NCBI GenBank assembly: GCA_965218435.1
Contig: CBDCKW010000009.1
Location: 1,216,001 to 1,280,000 of the forward strand
Source: Truepera sp.
Lineage (GTDB): Bacteria > Deinococcota > Deinococci > Deinococcales > Trueperaceae
DNA length: 64,000 nt
Reading direction: 5' to 3'
Both the position numbers and the translations under genes were made by a program. The notes below the pieces were generated by a model that searched no databases, was not told the origin of the DNA, and was given only the letters and a program-made list of their open reading frames with translations. Positions 9,945-19,564 of this stretch are shown piece by piece. The stretch's first letter is position 1. Every line of letters starts with the position of its first letter.

Positions 9945-12887
9945 CTACTCCGTTTCGGGGTGGAGAGCTTCGTCCATGAGTTCAACGAGATGTTTCGCAC
10001 GTTTGGCCGTCCCGTCTTTAATCTGATGCCGACACGAGAAGCCGCACGCGACCGTTTCACCTTCGTGCGCTCTGACCGCCGGGAAGAGCCGCTGCTCACC
10101 GATCTGCATTGACAGCTCAAAATGGCCGTAACCAAAACTTCCGGCCATCCCACAACACCCTGAATCAACCTCAGCGACGTTTTCGGACAGCCACCCTAAA
10201 ACCGCTTTGGTGCTGCTCGTGCCCTGAATGGCCCGCTGCTGGCAGTGCCCGTGGAGCATCACGGGCGTGTCGTTTTTGTGGAAAGTTTGAGCGGGCTCGA
10301 GCCTTCCCTGCGTCCATTCTTTCGCTAAAAACTGGTCAATCATCTTGACGTTTCGGGCGACCGCTTCGGTCTTTTCCCCCGGTACGAGGTCACGGTAGTC
10401 GTCTTGGAACGAGGCGACGCAACTCGGCTCGAGGCCCACGACCGGGACGCCGCGCTCTACATAACGGTGCAACGCCTCGACATTTTTAACCGCCAGCTTT
10501 TTGGCGTCGCGTAACAGACCTTTGGAGAGTTGCGGGCGACCGCAACAGCCGTAGTTCACGTGCTCAACGTCGTAACCGAGCGCCTCTAGCACCCGCGTTG
10601 CCGCTGCGCCGACTTCGGGTTCGTTGTACATCGTCCAGGTATCGGCAAAGAGTGCGACTTTGGGTTTCTCAGTATCGCCATGAGTTTGGGGCCGGGTTTT
10701 TTCGTGTGCTCTGCGCCAGCCGTCAAACGACTGCGCTGCGTAGCTGGGCATCACCCGGCGGCGGTCTACGCCGACCGTTTTTTCGACGAGCCAGCGTACC
10801 GGTGGCAGCGGCAACAGGGCGTTCGCCACCGGCGCAAAGGCGCGGCCTAGCGGAGCGACGGTCGCAGCGTTCCCCAGTGCGCGAGCTGAGAGCGGCGTGC
10901 CGTGGTCGTCGTAGTAGTGCTGCAAAAACTCGTACTTCATCTTCGCCATATCAACTTGGCTCGGACACTCGGCTTTGCACGCTTTGCACTCAAGGCACAA
11001 GTCCAAAGCGTCATACACCGCCTTGCTGGTCAGGCCGCCCTCGAGCCGACCGTTCATCGCTTCGCGCAACAAGTTGGCTCGCCCTCGCGTCGAGTGGTCT
11101 TCGTCACGGGTTGCCATATATGACGGGCACATCGTCCCGGTACCGGTTTTACGGCACGCCCCGACGCCGCTGCACATCTCAACCGCGCCCATAAAACCGC
11201 CGTCTTTGGAAAAGTCGAAGTGTGTCGCCAGCGGCAAAACCTGATAATCTTCACCGTAACGCAGAGCTTCCGTGATCGGCGGCGCTTCGACGATTTTGCC
11301 GGGGTTCATCAGCCCGTTCGGGTCGAAAGCGCGTTTGACCTCACGAAACGCCTCGTAAAGCGTATCGCCGAACAGCTCGCGGTTTTTGTACGAACGAATC
11401 AACCCGTCGCCGTGCTCGCCCGACCACGACCCGCCGTAGTGTTGCACCAGTGCAAAAGTCTCTTCGCTGATTTTGCGGTACGCTGCCAGACCTTCTTTCG
11501 TTTTGAGGTCCAAAATGGGCCGCACGTGTATCACGCCGACCGACGCGTGCCCATACGAGACCATCTTGACGCCGTATTTGGCGCAGACCGCCGCGACTTG
11601 AGGGATGTAATCGGCCAAATGCTCGGGTGGAATGGCCGCGTCTTCGATAAAGGCGGTGGGTTTCGCTGCGCCCTTCATCGTATTGAAAACGCCCAGACCC
11701 GCCTTACGGACGTTCCACACGTCGGCTTGTTCTGCGGCGCCGTCGGCAACGTGCAGATAATAGGCGAGCCGCATCACCTTGGGGTCAGCTTTCATACTTT
11801 CCAACCCGGCCCGCATCTCGGCTTCGGTTTCACCGTCGAATTCAACGATTAAAACCGCACCGGGTGAGCCCTGAAGCCAGCCCAACAGGGGCGCGATGTT
11901 GGGGTTCTCGAGCCCTAGTTCCAGCAGCGTATCGTCTAACGTCTCCACTGCTGACGGCCCGTGCCGGTTGATGTACTGCACGGCCTGCAAAGACTTTTTA
12001 AGTGAATCAAAATGCAACAGCGCCAGACACCGATGTGCCGGGACGGGGGAGAGAGCGACTGTCACGTCTAAAATAAATGCCAACGTACCTTCAGAACCCG
12101 AAACCAACTTGGCGAGGTTAAAAGGACGATCTTCGGTTAGCTCGTCCAAGTTGTAGCCGCCGACGCGCCGCATGACTTTAGGAAACCGCGCTTTAATCTC
12201 CGCTTCGTGCTCCGTGACGACGCCGTAGACGGTGCGGTAAAGGTCACCCTCGAGCCCCGGTAGCTCGAGTTTTCCTTTCAGTCCACCCGGTGACAGCGCC
12301 CGAAACTCGGTGATGGTCCCGTCGATGAGCATGACCGTCATGGAAACAACCTGGTCAACCGTTTTGCCGTATTTGATGCTGCGCGTCCCCGCCGAGTTGT
12401 TCGCCACCATCCCGCCGAGGTTGGCTCGGTTGGTCGTCGAAACGTCCGGGGTAAATTGCAGCTTGTACGGCTTCAAAAACGCGTTGAGCTGGTCGCGGAC
12501 GACGCCCGGCTCTACCTTAACCGTCCGCGCCGCCTCGTCAAAATCCAGAATCTTATCCAGGTATTTGGACACGTCCACGACAATCGCCGCGCCGACCGTT
12601 TGCCCTGCCAGACTCGTGCCGCCGCCCCGTGGCAGCACCGGCAGTTTGTAGCGCCGCGCAACTGCCAGCGTATGCCGAATATCGTCCGTACTTTTCGGCA
12701 AGACGACGCCGTAAGGCTTGATCTCGTAGGGGCTGGCGTCGGTGGCGTAAAGGGTGCGGGCCGGGGTGTCGAACCGCACTTCACCCTGAATAACTGCCTG
12801 CAGCTCTGAAGCAATTTGCTCGAGCACATCTTCGCTGGGCTGAGTAGGTACGGAACGCGTGGGAGCCTCTGAAACGGGCAGGGTCAT
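9945..12887 (-). CDS. FAD-linked/Fe-S oxidoreductase (YdiJ-like GlcD-GlcF fusion; 2-hydroxyacid dehydrogenase family)
   Basis: RGGGTSLAGQ FAD motif, SGEHGDG, CLECKACKAECP ferredoxin, CCG domains. Confidence 0.9.
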   Translation of the reverse strand: MTLPVSEAPTRSVPTQPSEDVLEQIASELQAVIQGEVRFDTPARTLYATDASPYEIKPYGVVLPKSTDDIRHTLAVARRYKLPVLPRGGGTSLAGQTVGAAIVVDVSKYLDKILDFDEAARTVKVEPGVVRDQLNAFLKPYKLQFTPDVSTTNRANLGGMVANNSAGTRSIKYGKTVDQVVSMTVMLIDGTITEFRALSPGGLKGKLELPGLEGDLYRTVYGVVTEHEAEIKARFPKVMRRVGGYNLDELTEDRPFNLAKLVSGSEGTLAFILDVTVALSPVPAHRCLALLHFDSLKKSLQAVQYINRHGPSAVETLDDTLLELGLENPNIAPLLGWLQGSPGAVLIVEFDGETEAEMRAGLESMKADPKVMRLAYYLHVADGAAEQADVWNVRKAGLGVFNTMKGAAKPTAFIEDAAIPPEHLADYIPQVAAVCAKYGVKMVSYGHASVGVIHVRPILDLKTKEGLAAYRKISEETFALVQHYGGSWSGEHGDGLIRSYKNRELFGDTLYEAFREVKRAFDPNGLMNPGKIVEAPPITEALRYGEDYQVLPLATHFDFSKDGGFMGAVEMCSGVGACRKTGTGTMCPSYMATRDEDHSTRGRANLLREAMNGRLEGGLTSKAVYDALDLCLECKACKAECPSQVDMAKMKYEFLQHYYDDHGTPLSARALGNAATVAPLGRAFAPVANALLPLPPVRWLVEKTVGVDRRRVMPSYAAQSFDGWRRAHEKTRPQTHGDTEKPKVALFADTWTMYNEPEVGAAATRVLEALGYDVEHVNYGCCGRPQLSKGLLRDAKKLAVKNVEALHRYVERGVPVVGLEPSCVASFQDDYRDLVPGEKTEAVARNVKMIDQFLAKEWTQGRLEPAQTFHKNDTPVMLHGHCQQRAIQGTSSTKAVLGWLSENVAEVDSGCCGMAGSFGYGHFELSMQIGEQRLFPAVRAHEGETVACGFSCRHQIKDGTAKRAKHLVELMDEALHPETE

Positions 12888-12932
12888 AGGTTTAGTATCG
12901 CACGTGTGGCTTAGAACTCGAGCCGCCCTAAG

Positions 12933-13292
12933 TCACCTAAAGAAGAGGTAAAGTGCTGCGCTGAGCAGTGCCAGCCAGGTCAAGATGACGACCACTGCGC
13001 CCCAGGTTGAAGGCGGCAACGTGGTGGCTTTGGTCCGCGCCTCGAGCATTACATGTTCGGGGACGAGTTTAAGTGCCAGATAAATCCCGAGCGGCAACAA
13101 GATGAGGTCGTCCAAGAGACCCAGTACCGGAATAAAGTCGGGAATCAGGTCAATCGGCGAGAGCGCGTAGGCGACGACGCAGAGTGCAGCAGCACGGGCG
13201 TACCAGGGCGTATCCGGGTGCCGCTGCGCGTAGGCGAGCGCCGTTATTTCACCTTTGAGGTGTTTCGCCTGCTGTTTGAGCCGCGCGAGCAT
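12933..13292 (-). CDS. YkvA/DUF1232 family membrane protein
   Basis: YALSPIDLIPDFIPVLGLLDD. Confidence 0.9.
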   Translation of the reverse strand: MLARLKQQAKHLKGEITALAYAQRHPDTPWYARAAALCVVAYALSPIDLIPDFIPVLGLLDDLILLPLGIYLALKLVPEHVMLEARTKATTLPPSTWGAVVVILTWLALLSAALYLFFR

Positions 13293-13299
13293 CTACGTG

Positions 13300-13659
13300 T
13301 CAGGTATGGAGGTCGGCGTCGTGTTCGTTGATCTGGATAAGCAGCCCGTCCGGGTCCTGAACCAACAGCGACCGGCCAAACGCTTCGTCGGTGATGTCAC
13401 GGTAGAGCGGGACGCCCGCCGACCTAAACCGCTCCACGAGCGTCTCGAGCGGTTCGGTGCTGTTAAACGCCAGCTCGAGGCCGCAAGTACGGTTGTCTGG
13501 CAAACGCTCCGCCGCGTGAAGTGCCAAGATTGCGCCGCCCAGCTTGAGTTCATTCCAGCTGTTGCTGCGGCTCGAGCGCCCCACTTCGCCGCCGAGCGCC
13601 GCGTAAAACGCAGTAGACGCCGCCATATCGGTCACATAAACGATAGGCATCAAGGTCAT
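13300..13659 (-). CDS. VOC/glyoxalase family protein
   Basis: YVTDMAASTAFYAALG...DEAFGRSLLVQDPDGLLIQINE. Confidence 0.85.
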   Translation of the reverse strand: MTLMPIVYVTDMAASTAFYAALGGEVGRSSRSNSWNELKLGGAILALHAAERLPDNRTCGLELAFNSTEPLETLVERFRSAGVPLYRDITDEAFGRSLLVQDPDGLLIQINEHDADLHT

Positions 13660-13853
13660 TTTGCACTCCTATAGGTGTCCATAATCTGGATACCTTCGTC
13701 GGTCTCGAGCAGGCCGAGGTAGACGCGCAGGGCGTCCTCGACAAAATCTGAGAGCGTCATGCCGTCGTCGTGGGCGTCAATCGCCGCTCTTTTGACCTCA
13801 CGGATAAAGGGGCGTGGCAAATAGACATTAAACTGCGCTTTTTCATCACTCAT
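13656..13853 (-). CDS. Ribbon-helix-helix (CopG-like) regulator
   Basis: KAQFNVYLP beta strand, then two helices (FIREVKRAAID; TLSDFVEDALRVYL). ATG at 13853 overlaps the upstream stop. Confidence 0.75.
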   Translation of the reverse strand: MSDEKAQFNVYLPRPFIREVKRAAIDAHDDGMTLSDFVEDALRVYLGLLETDEGIQIMDTYRSAK

Positions 13854-14041
13854 ACACTTATCTCCAAACGGTTCGGCCAAAATAACAGGCGTAGCAGCAT
13901 GATGCGGAGTCCGCGCCGCTGTGAAACGGGCAAGCGCAGCTCGAGTACAACACCCTGAACTCGGCGTAATCGAATCAACTCTGCCTCAGCCGAAAGCTGC
14001 GTGTGATGATCTGCTGCCGCTTGATAGACGGGATAACGCAT
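13850..14041 (-). CDS. Small hypothetical protein, first gene of the RHH-VOC operon
   Basis: 63 aa, AGGAGG RBS, ATGA coupling to the RHH gene. Confidence 0.55.
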   Translation of the reverse strand: MRYPVYQAAADHHTQLSAEAELIRLRRVQGVVLELRLPVSQRRGLRIMLLRLLFWPNRLEISV

Positions 14042-14054
14042 ACCAGCCTCCTAA

Positions 14055-14087
14055 TAGCTTAGTTAACTAACATGCTAGCATACTAGC
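14055..14087. promoter_or_regulatory. Putative RHH operator: array of 4-bp palindromic boxes
   Basis: Minus strand CTAG-TATG-CTAG-CATG-TTAG-TTAA-CTAA-GCTA (8-bp period), directly upstream of the RBS. Confidence 0.5.
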
Positions 14088-14137
14088 CAAAGCTTTTCAA
14101 CAGTTCGATGACATAACGCTTGTGTTAGCGGCGCTGC

Positions 14138-14722
14138 TTACTTGGCGGTAGGATGTGCGTTTAAGTAGGCGACCACTTCAGCAGCGTTTTGGTCAGGGGG
14201 GAAAACCGGGTAAAAAACTTTTTCAATTACGCCGTCCTGAACGACGAGCGTCACACGTTTGAGCAGCATTTCTCCTTCAGCTTCAAAAGTCGGTAACGCC
14301 AGTGTCTGTGACCATTCCAGGTCAGCGTCGCTCAACACTTCAAAAGGAAGGTGCAAACGTGCCGCCATCTCTTGCTGATAGGCCGTTGTTTGCGTGCTGA
14401 GACCGTAAACCTCCGTGCCTAGTCCCTGGAGCTCTTGATAATGATCTCTAAACGCGCAGTTTTGGGGTGTACAGCCACGTGCGCCAGGGATTGCGTTCCA
14501 GGCGTCTGTACCTCCGGGTGGCTCGAGGTTCGGTGTACCGGTACGCGGATAGATGTAGACAACGGTACGAGAAAGTGCGCCGGTGCTCAAATCAACCTGA
14601 TTTCCCTGGGTCGAGGGCAGCACTATAGAAGGAAGCTTTTTCCCTACAAGATGGTCACAAGCGCCATCATCTATAGGTGCTGGAAGCGTGTCGGGGAGCG
14701 TGTGCAGATCGTCTTGTCTCAT
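14138..14722 (-). CDS. Peroxiredoxin (BCP/redoxin-like)
   Basis: YIYPRTG...IPGARGCTPQNCAFRD, VFYPVFPPD. Confidence 0.85.
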   Translation of the reverse strand: MRQDDLHTLPDTLPAPIDDGACDHLVGKKLPSIVLPSTQGNQVDLSTGALSRTVVYIYPRTGTPNLEPPGGTDAWNAIPGARGCTPQNCAFRDHYQELQGLGTEVYGLSTQTTAYQQEMAARLHLPFEVLSDADLEWSQTLALPTFEAEGEMLLKRVTLVVQDGVIEKVFYPVFPPDQNAAEVVAYLNAHPTAK

Positions 14723-16884
14723 TTTTGCACTTCTCCAAAAAGCGTCCAGACCGTTTCAGCAAACGCCGCGTCACTCAGTGCCCGGTACGCTTTTAAGAAA
14801 GTTGTCAAAGTGTAGCGTTCAGTCAACCCGCGCACGAGCGTCTTGGAGCTGTACGGGTCGCGCTTTTGTCCCTTAAGGGTGCGGCCTTGTGCGCCCAGTA
14901 GACCCAACTCTTCTAAAATCGTGCGGCACAGCTGCGCTTTGGCATCGCTGCACCCGAGCGGTGACCCGCGCTGAAGCCGGACGAAGGCTGCCCGGACTTC
15001 GCGTAAGGTGGGCGGCAGCTCGAGCCCGTCAAGCTTTTTCAGTTCACCGTCTGAAAGATTGAAAAGCAGTCCGTTACGCTCTTTTACAAGGTCTTGAAGG
15101 GGTTTGGTAAGCGTTAGCAGGTCGGTGCTGAGGGACAGCTCGAGCACCTCGGTTCCCTTAAAGTCTGCCGGTGCCGTCCCTCTAAAAATTGGGTATAAAG
15201 GAGTCTGAGTCACGTCTAGCTCGAGCGGCCTTGCCGCACGCACGCCGTCAGCTAAAAACTCCAGCGTCGTCTTGTTCTGCCAGGTGTTTTCTTTGAGGCT
15301 GACGGCTGCGTTCACCTGACCGGCTGTTCGGAGCGCGTCGGCGGCGTCGCCCTGATTCCACGCCATCCCGCCGACCCCGCCGAGCCGCAATTTTAGGTGT
15401 TTGCCGCCCGCGCCGACGCCCCGAGCGGTCTCGAGACTGCCTGAGAGCGCAAACAGCGGCGCGGGGTGACCGGTCCCGTAGGGCTCGAGGAGTCCCACGG
15501 CTTTATAGAGGTCGTCTTCAATCTCATCAGGAGAGAGGAGCGCGTCGGCGACCAGCGCCGGTTGCGGGGCCGGGTGCTGCGCGGCGTACGCGTAGATACG
15601 CGTCCTAAACGCCTCTAACTGACCGTCACGGAGTGAAAACCCGGCAGCTTGCGAGTGGCCGCCAAAGCGTTCTAACAGGTCGTGGGCGTGCTCTAACCCA
15701 CCCACTGCCGAAATCCCCGGTGTCGAACGCACCGAACCTTTGCCCCCCGCGACGATGTAAACGGGTTTGTAAAAGCGTTCTAACAGTTTGCTGGCGACGA
15801 TCCCCATCACACCGGGGTGCCAGCCCGTGGCCTCGAGCACCAGTGCCGGAGCCTTCGGGTCTACCAGCTCGAGCGCTTCGGCGAGCATCGCATCTTGAAC
15901 TTTACGGCGGTCGGCGTTGCGGGCGTCTAGGTAGCTTGCAAGCTCTAACGCCCGCCGCTCCGACGCGGTAGTGAGCAGCTCGAGACCCAAGTCCGCCTCA
16001 CCCAACCGTCCCGCTGCGTTAAGGCGTGGGGCCAGCACAAACGCAACGTCGCGTGCAGTCACCTCTTTACCGTGCATGAGCGTCCGTTTAATCATCATTC
16101 GGAGTCCGGGCCAGCGCGAGACGCTGAGCTGCTCGAGTCCGGCGTTGACCAACGCGCGGTTTTCGCCCATCAGCGGGGCAACGTCGGCGATGGTGCCGAG
16201 TGTGGCCAAGTCGCTGTATTCGGTCGGAGGCGCAAGTCCCAGCTGCTCATGCAGCGCCCACAAGAGGTGATACGCGACGCCCGCACCCGTCAGCTCCGGC
16301 AAGCCTTTTTGTGCGTAAGGCGACAGGGACGGATGCACCGTTAGACAGTCCGGCAGCACTTGACCGGGGTGGTGGTGATCGGTGACGATGACCTCGGTGC
16401 CCAAAGCCTGGAGCGCGTGAACCTCGGCGCGGTTGCTGATGCCGCAGTCCACTGTGATAAAAAGGTCGGCTTTGTCGGCATGTTCAGCTACTTTGTCCGG
16501 GTGAACGCCGTACCCCTCACGCAGACGGTTAGGAATAAACGGCGTGACGTTCGCGCCGAGTGCCCGCAGGCCGAGCGTCAAGACTGCCGTCCCGCTGATA
16601 CCGTCGGCGTCGTAATCGCCGTGGATGACGATGCGCTTTTTGTTCCTTAGTGCGCCCTCGAGCCGTTCTGCTGCCGTGAGCAGTTCAGGGATACGGGTCA
16701 GCTCGAGGGGCGGCTTGAGCGCCTCGACGCTGACCCCCCTAGCCCACAAAATACTCGCCAACAGGGGAGGTAGCGACAGCTCTCGTACAAGCGTTTCGAC
16801 CGCGTGCGGCGGCGCAGCGGGGCGCACCGTCCAACGTGTTTCAGGTGTCCGGGTAGGTGCTGCTAAAACGGTCGTTTTGCTCAT
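14719..16884 (-). CDS. recJ: ssDNA exonuclease RecJ
   Basis: GDYDADG, TVDCG, TDHH, GTIADVAPL, PRLNAAGR, FGGHSQAAGF. Confidence 0.96.
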   Translation of the reverse strand: MSKTTVLAAPTRTPETRWTVRPAAPPHAVETLVRELSLPPLLASILWARGVSVEALKPPLELTRIPELLTAAERLEGALRNKKRIVIHGDYDADGISGTAVLTLGLRALGANVTPFIPNRLREGYGVHPDKVAEHADKADLFITVDCGISNRAEVHALQALGTEVIVTDHHHPGQVLPDCLTVHPSLSPYAQKGLPELTGAGVAYHLLWALHEQLGLAPPTEYSDLATLGTIADVAPLMGENRALVNAGLEQLSVSRWPGLRMMIKRTLMHGKEVTARDVAFVLAPRLNAAGRLGEADLGLELLTTASERRALELASYLDARNADRRKVQDAMLAEALELVDPKAPALVLEATGWHPGVMGIVASKLLERFYKPVYIVAGGKGSVRSTPGISAVGGLEHAHDLLERFGGHSQAAGFSLRDGQLEAFRTRIYAYAAQHPAPQPALVADALLSPDEIEDDLYKAVGLLEPYGTGHPAPLFALSGSLETARGVGAGGKHLKLRLGGVGGMAWNQGDAADALRTAGQVNAAVSLKENTWQNKTTLEFLADGVRAARPLELDVTQTPLYPIFRGTAPADFKGTEVLELSLSTDLLTLTKPLQDLVKERNGLLFNLSDGELKKLDGLELPPTLREVRAAFVRLQRGSPLGCSDAKAQLCRTILEELGLLGAQGRTLKGQKRDPYSSKTLVRGLTERYTLTTFLKAYRALSDAAFAETVWTLFGEVQK

Positions 16885-17204
16885 CGGCGGGGAGACTCGA
16901 GCCCTTTACGCGCGGGTTCGGGTGGGACAGGTTCAGTCTCGAGCCCCGCTTTAATCAACTGCTGGTGCAGCGCCTTATTTTGCCGGTTGAGCCTGAATAT
17001 ACGCCTGGAGAGTGATAGCCAGCCGACTATGAAACCTAAAAGCAACGCGATAGCGATCACCCACTCGGTCGGTAGCGGAAGCAGCAAGGGTAAAAAAACA
17101 GTGTTCGGGTTTGCGCGGCCGATAAGCGCCAGGTAGATGATCAGCAACAGTAAACCCAAAATCTGCAAAACGCGGACGATCCTAGTGGCGGCCTTCATCA
17201 GCAC
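16881..17204 (-). CDS. LapA-like (DUF1049) membrane protein
   Basis: Two TM helices with N-x3-V spacer and basic coiled tail; coupled to recJ. Confidence 0.6.
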   Translation of the reverse strand: MLMKAATRIVRVLQILGLLLLIIYLALIGRANPNTVFLPLLLPLPTEWVIAIALLLGFIVGWLSLSRRIFRLNRQNKALHQQLIKAGLETEPVPPEPARKGLESPRR

Positions 17205-17299
17205 AGTCTACCGCACCCTACTGACGAAACTCTGAAGATTCACTTGGTTGTGGCATTTGCTTATACGTTTGAATTCAAGTTGTTAAGCTGCTAGTCATA

Positions 17300-18043
17300 A
17301 TGAAGGAAAATATTGCCCAAATAGAAGCATTGCAGAATCTTCTAATCTCATGCGCAACTGGTGGAAATGAAGATAATGCAGAGTATGTCCGCCTAAGGCA
17401 AGAGGTATTGATGAACTCTGCACTCAAACCTCTACTTCCAAAATTTCTCCGCAACTGCCGTAACCTTTTGCAGTTCTGGCAGTATATCAAGCTCGAGTTT
17501 GGCACTTATGCGGAACGCCGTGACTACATTTGGACTGAACTCAGTCCACTACTAGAAACGTTAGAGCGCGGCGCACTTACACCGTCTGACGCATTTGTAT
17601 CACTGAGGTTAGAGAAATTTGATGCTACTCATGTTCAAGCTGCCTGGTCTAAAGCTCTTGACAGGCGGTCTTCTGACCCGGAGGGAGCAATTACGTCTGC
17701 TCGCACATTAATTGAGTCGGTATGCAAACACATTCTTGATGAGTCCGGTTCTACCTACGATGATAGAGCAGACCTTCCAAAGCTATACAGACAAACGGCA
17801 GAGATGCTTAACCTTGCCCCTTCTCAGCACACTGAGGAAGTATTCAAACAAATCTTAGGAGGGTGTACGGCAATTGTGGTGGGGCTCGGTTCGTTGCGCA
17901 ATCGTCTAAGTGATGCTCATGGCAAGGGAAAGATTGGTATAAGGCCGTCCTCACGTCACGCTGAGCTATCGGTCAATCTATCTGGGGCACTTGCACTGTA
18001 CCTTCTTGCCACATGGGAAGCGCGTAACGAGACAGCGTCCTAA
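17300..18043 (+). CDS. Abortive-infection family protein (AbiJ-like N-domain plus Abi_C/HEPN)
   Basis: DPEGAITSARTLIESVCKHIL and LRNRLSDAHGKG (HEPN R-x-H); low GC. Confidence 0.85.
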   Translation: MKENIAQIEALQNLLISCATGGNEDNAEYVRLRQEVLMNSALKPLLPKFLRNCRNLLQFWQYIKLEFGTYAERRDYIWTELSPLLETLERGALTPSDAFVSLRLEKFDATHVQAAWSKALDRRSSDPEGAITSARTLIESVCKHILDESGSTYDDRADLPKLYRQTAEMLNLAPSQHTEEVFKQILGGCTAIVVGLGSLRNRLSDAHGKGKIGIRPSSRHAELSVNLSGALALYLLATWEARNETAS

Positions 18044-18096
18044 TAACTTACTTCATTCAAATTGAACCTGCTTTGCAGCTAAGCTCAATTGTAGGC
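18038..18096 (+). other. Degenerate attC-like site 3' of the Abi gene; matching GTTRRRY core at 17282-17288 upstream
   Basis: TCCTAATAA..TTCATTCAAATTGAACCTGCTTTGC..GCTAAGCTCAATTGTAGGC resembles attC architecture (YYTAACAA-TTCATTCAA...CTCAA-GTTAGGC). Confidence 0.5.
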
Positions 18097-18220
18097 GTTA
18101 TTTGAGTGGAAAACTTAGTTTTGACTTGCGTGGCTAACGCTTTCTAGCTTATCTGAAAACGTATCCGGTTTGTCGTGAGCTTTGCCTAAGTCACTCCTTC
18201 TTCACGTACACTGGAAAACT

Positions 18221-19345
18221 GTGAGTGTCTCGCCTTATCCCACATCTGCACCTGATGCCTCTAAAGCCGCGCCTAAAAAAGGCCGCGTTCTCTGTGCCAT
18301 GTCGGGCGGGGTAGATTCGTCTTTGGCTGCGGCGCTCCTTAAAGAACAAGGGTATGGCGTACAAGGCGCGATGTTGCGGTTTTGGCCGGATGAGCGGCCT
18401 AAAGGTGCCTTCGACCTCTGTTGTAGCCCCGACGCGGCCTACGATGCCCGCCGAATTGCCGACAAAGTAGACGTGCCGTTTTATCTGCTCGATGCGAGAG
18501 ACCAGTTCGACGAGGTAGTCATCAGTCCGTTTGTGCCGACCTATGAGGGTGGCCAGACGCCGAACCCGTGTGTGTGGTGCAACCGTGAGATTAAGTTCGG
18601 CACCTTTTTGCAAAAAGCGCAGCGGCTCGGCTGCGACTATATCGCGACCGGTCATTACGTCAAACGTATAGACGGGCCGAACGGTGTCGAGCTGCACCGG
18701 GGCGCGGACGACTCGAAAGACCAGACGTATTTTTTATGGGCGCTGGACCGGCAGGTGTTGCCGCAACTGCTTTTCCCGCTGGGCGATAAAACTAAACCAG
18801 CTGTACGGGAACTGGCTGAGGCGAGGGGTTTCGTCACGGCTGATAAACCCTCGTCGCACGGGCTCTGTTTTATTACCAGTAGCGTGAAAGATTATCTGAA
18901 CGACTTTAGCACGGTGCGTCCGGGAGCTGTGCTCGACGCCGCAGACAGTTACAAAGAGGTCGGGCGACATAACGGCGTGCAGTTCTATACGATTGGGCAG
19001 CGGCGCGGTTTGGGAATGGTTCACTCCCACCTCGAGCGGTTTGTCACCGAACTCCGCGCTGACACGAATGAGGTCGTCGTCGGCACGCGTGAGATGTGCC
19101 ACTGGCACGGGCTTACGGCTGAAAAGGTCAACTTGCTGCTAGATCAAGATGAACTGCCGGAACGGGTTCAGGTACAAACGCGTTACCGGCAGGCACCGAT
19201 GCCTGCAACTTTGAGGCTGGTAGAGGGGAAGCTCGAGCTGAGCTTCGACACCCCGATGTTTGCCGTTACACTCGGCCAGTCGGCCGTCATTTACGATGGG
19301 CCGCGCCTTCTAGGTGGCGGCGTCATTGTCGAGCGGCACGACTAG
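18221..19345 (+). CDS. mnmA: tRNA 2-thiouridine(34) synthase
   Basis: AMSGGVDSS, TPNPCVWCN, ATGHY, KDQTYFL, YTIGQRRGLG. Confidence 0.96.
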   Translation: MSVSPYPTSAPDASKAAPKKGRVLCAMSGGVDSSLAAALLKEQGYGVQGAMLRFWPDERPKGAFDLCCSPDAAYDARRIADKVDVPFYLLDARDQFDEVVISPFVPTYEGGQTPNPCVWCNREIKFGTFLQKAQRLGCDYIATGHYVKRIDGPNGVELHRGADDSKDQTYFLWALDRQVLPQLLFPLGDKTKPAVRELAEARGFVTADKPSSHGLCFITSSVKDYLNDFSTVRPGAVLDAADSYKEVGRHNGVQFYTIGQRRGLGMVHSHLERFVTELRADTNEVVVGTREMCHWHGLTAEKVNLLLDQDELPERVQVQTRYRQAPMPATLRLVEGKLELSFDTPMFAVTLGQSAVIYDGPRLLGGGVIVERHD

Positions 19346-19564
19346 AGCGTGTTATGAACTCTAAGACGATTGTAATGGCTGAGTGCGCGTCCTACACAGC
19401 AGGTAGATTGTTTGGCTGTTTCGGTACCTCGGACTCGGGCCTGCGTTTAAGCTCCGAGCACACTGAAAAAAATACCGTCGAAAGTACAAAAAGCTGGAGC
19501 AGGACGGATTTTCTAAGCGTTAACCGAACAGCTCAAATGAACCTTCAAGGTTCATAACAAGCTC
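19345..19564 (+). mobile_element. MITE type A (220 bp, TA duplication)
   Basis: TIRs GAGCGTGTTATGAAC / GTTCATAACAAGCTC, flanked by TA. Near-identical inverted copy at 32983-33371. Confidence 0.85.

Noticed and set aside
19354..19557. ORFs 19354-19557, 24458-24658, 33031-33228 and 40956-41414
   Set aside because: They lie in or across MITEs and have no protein features.
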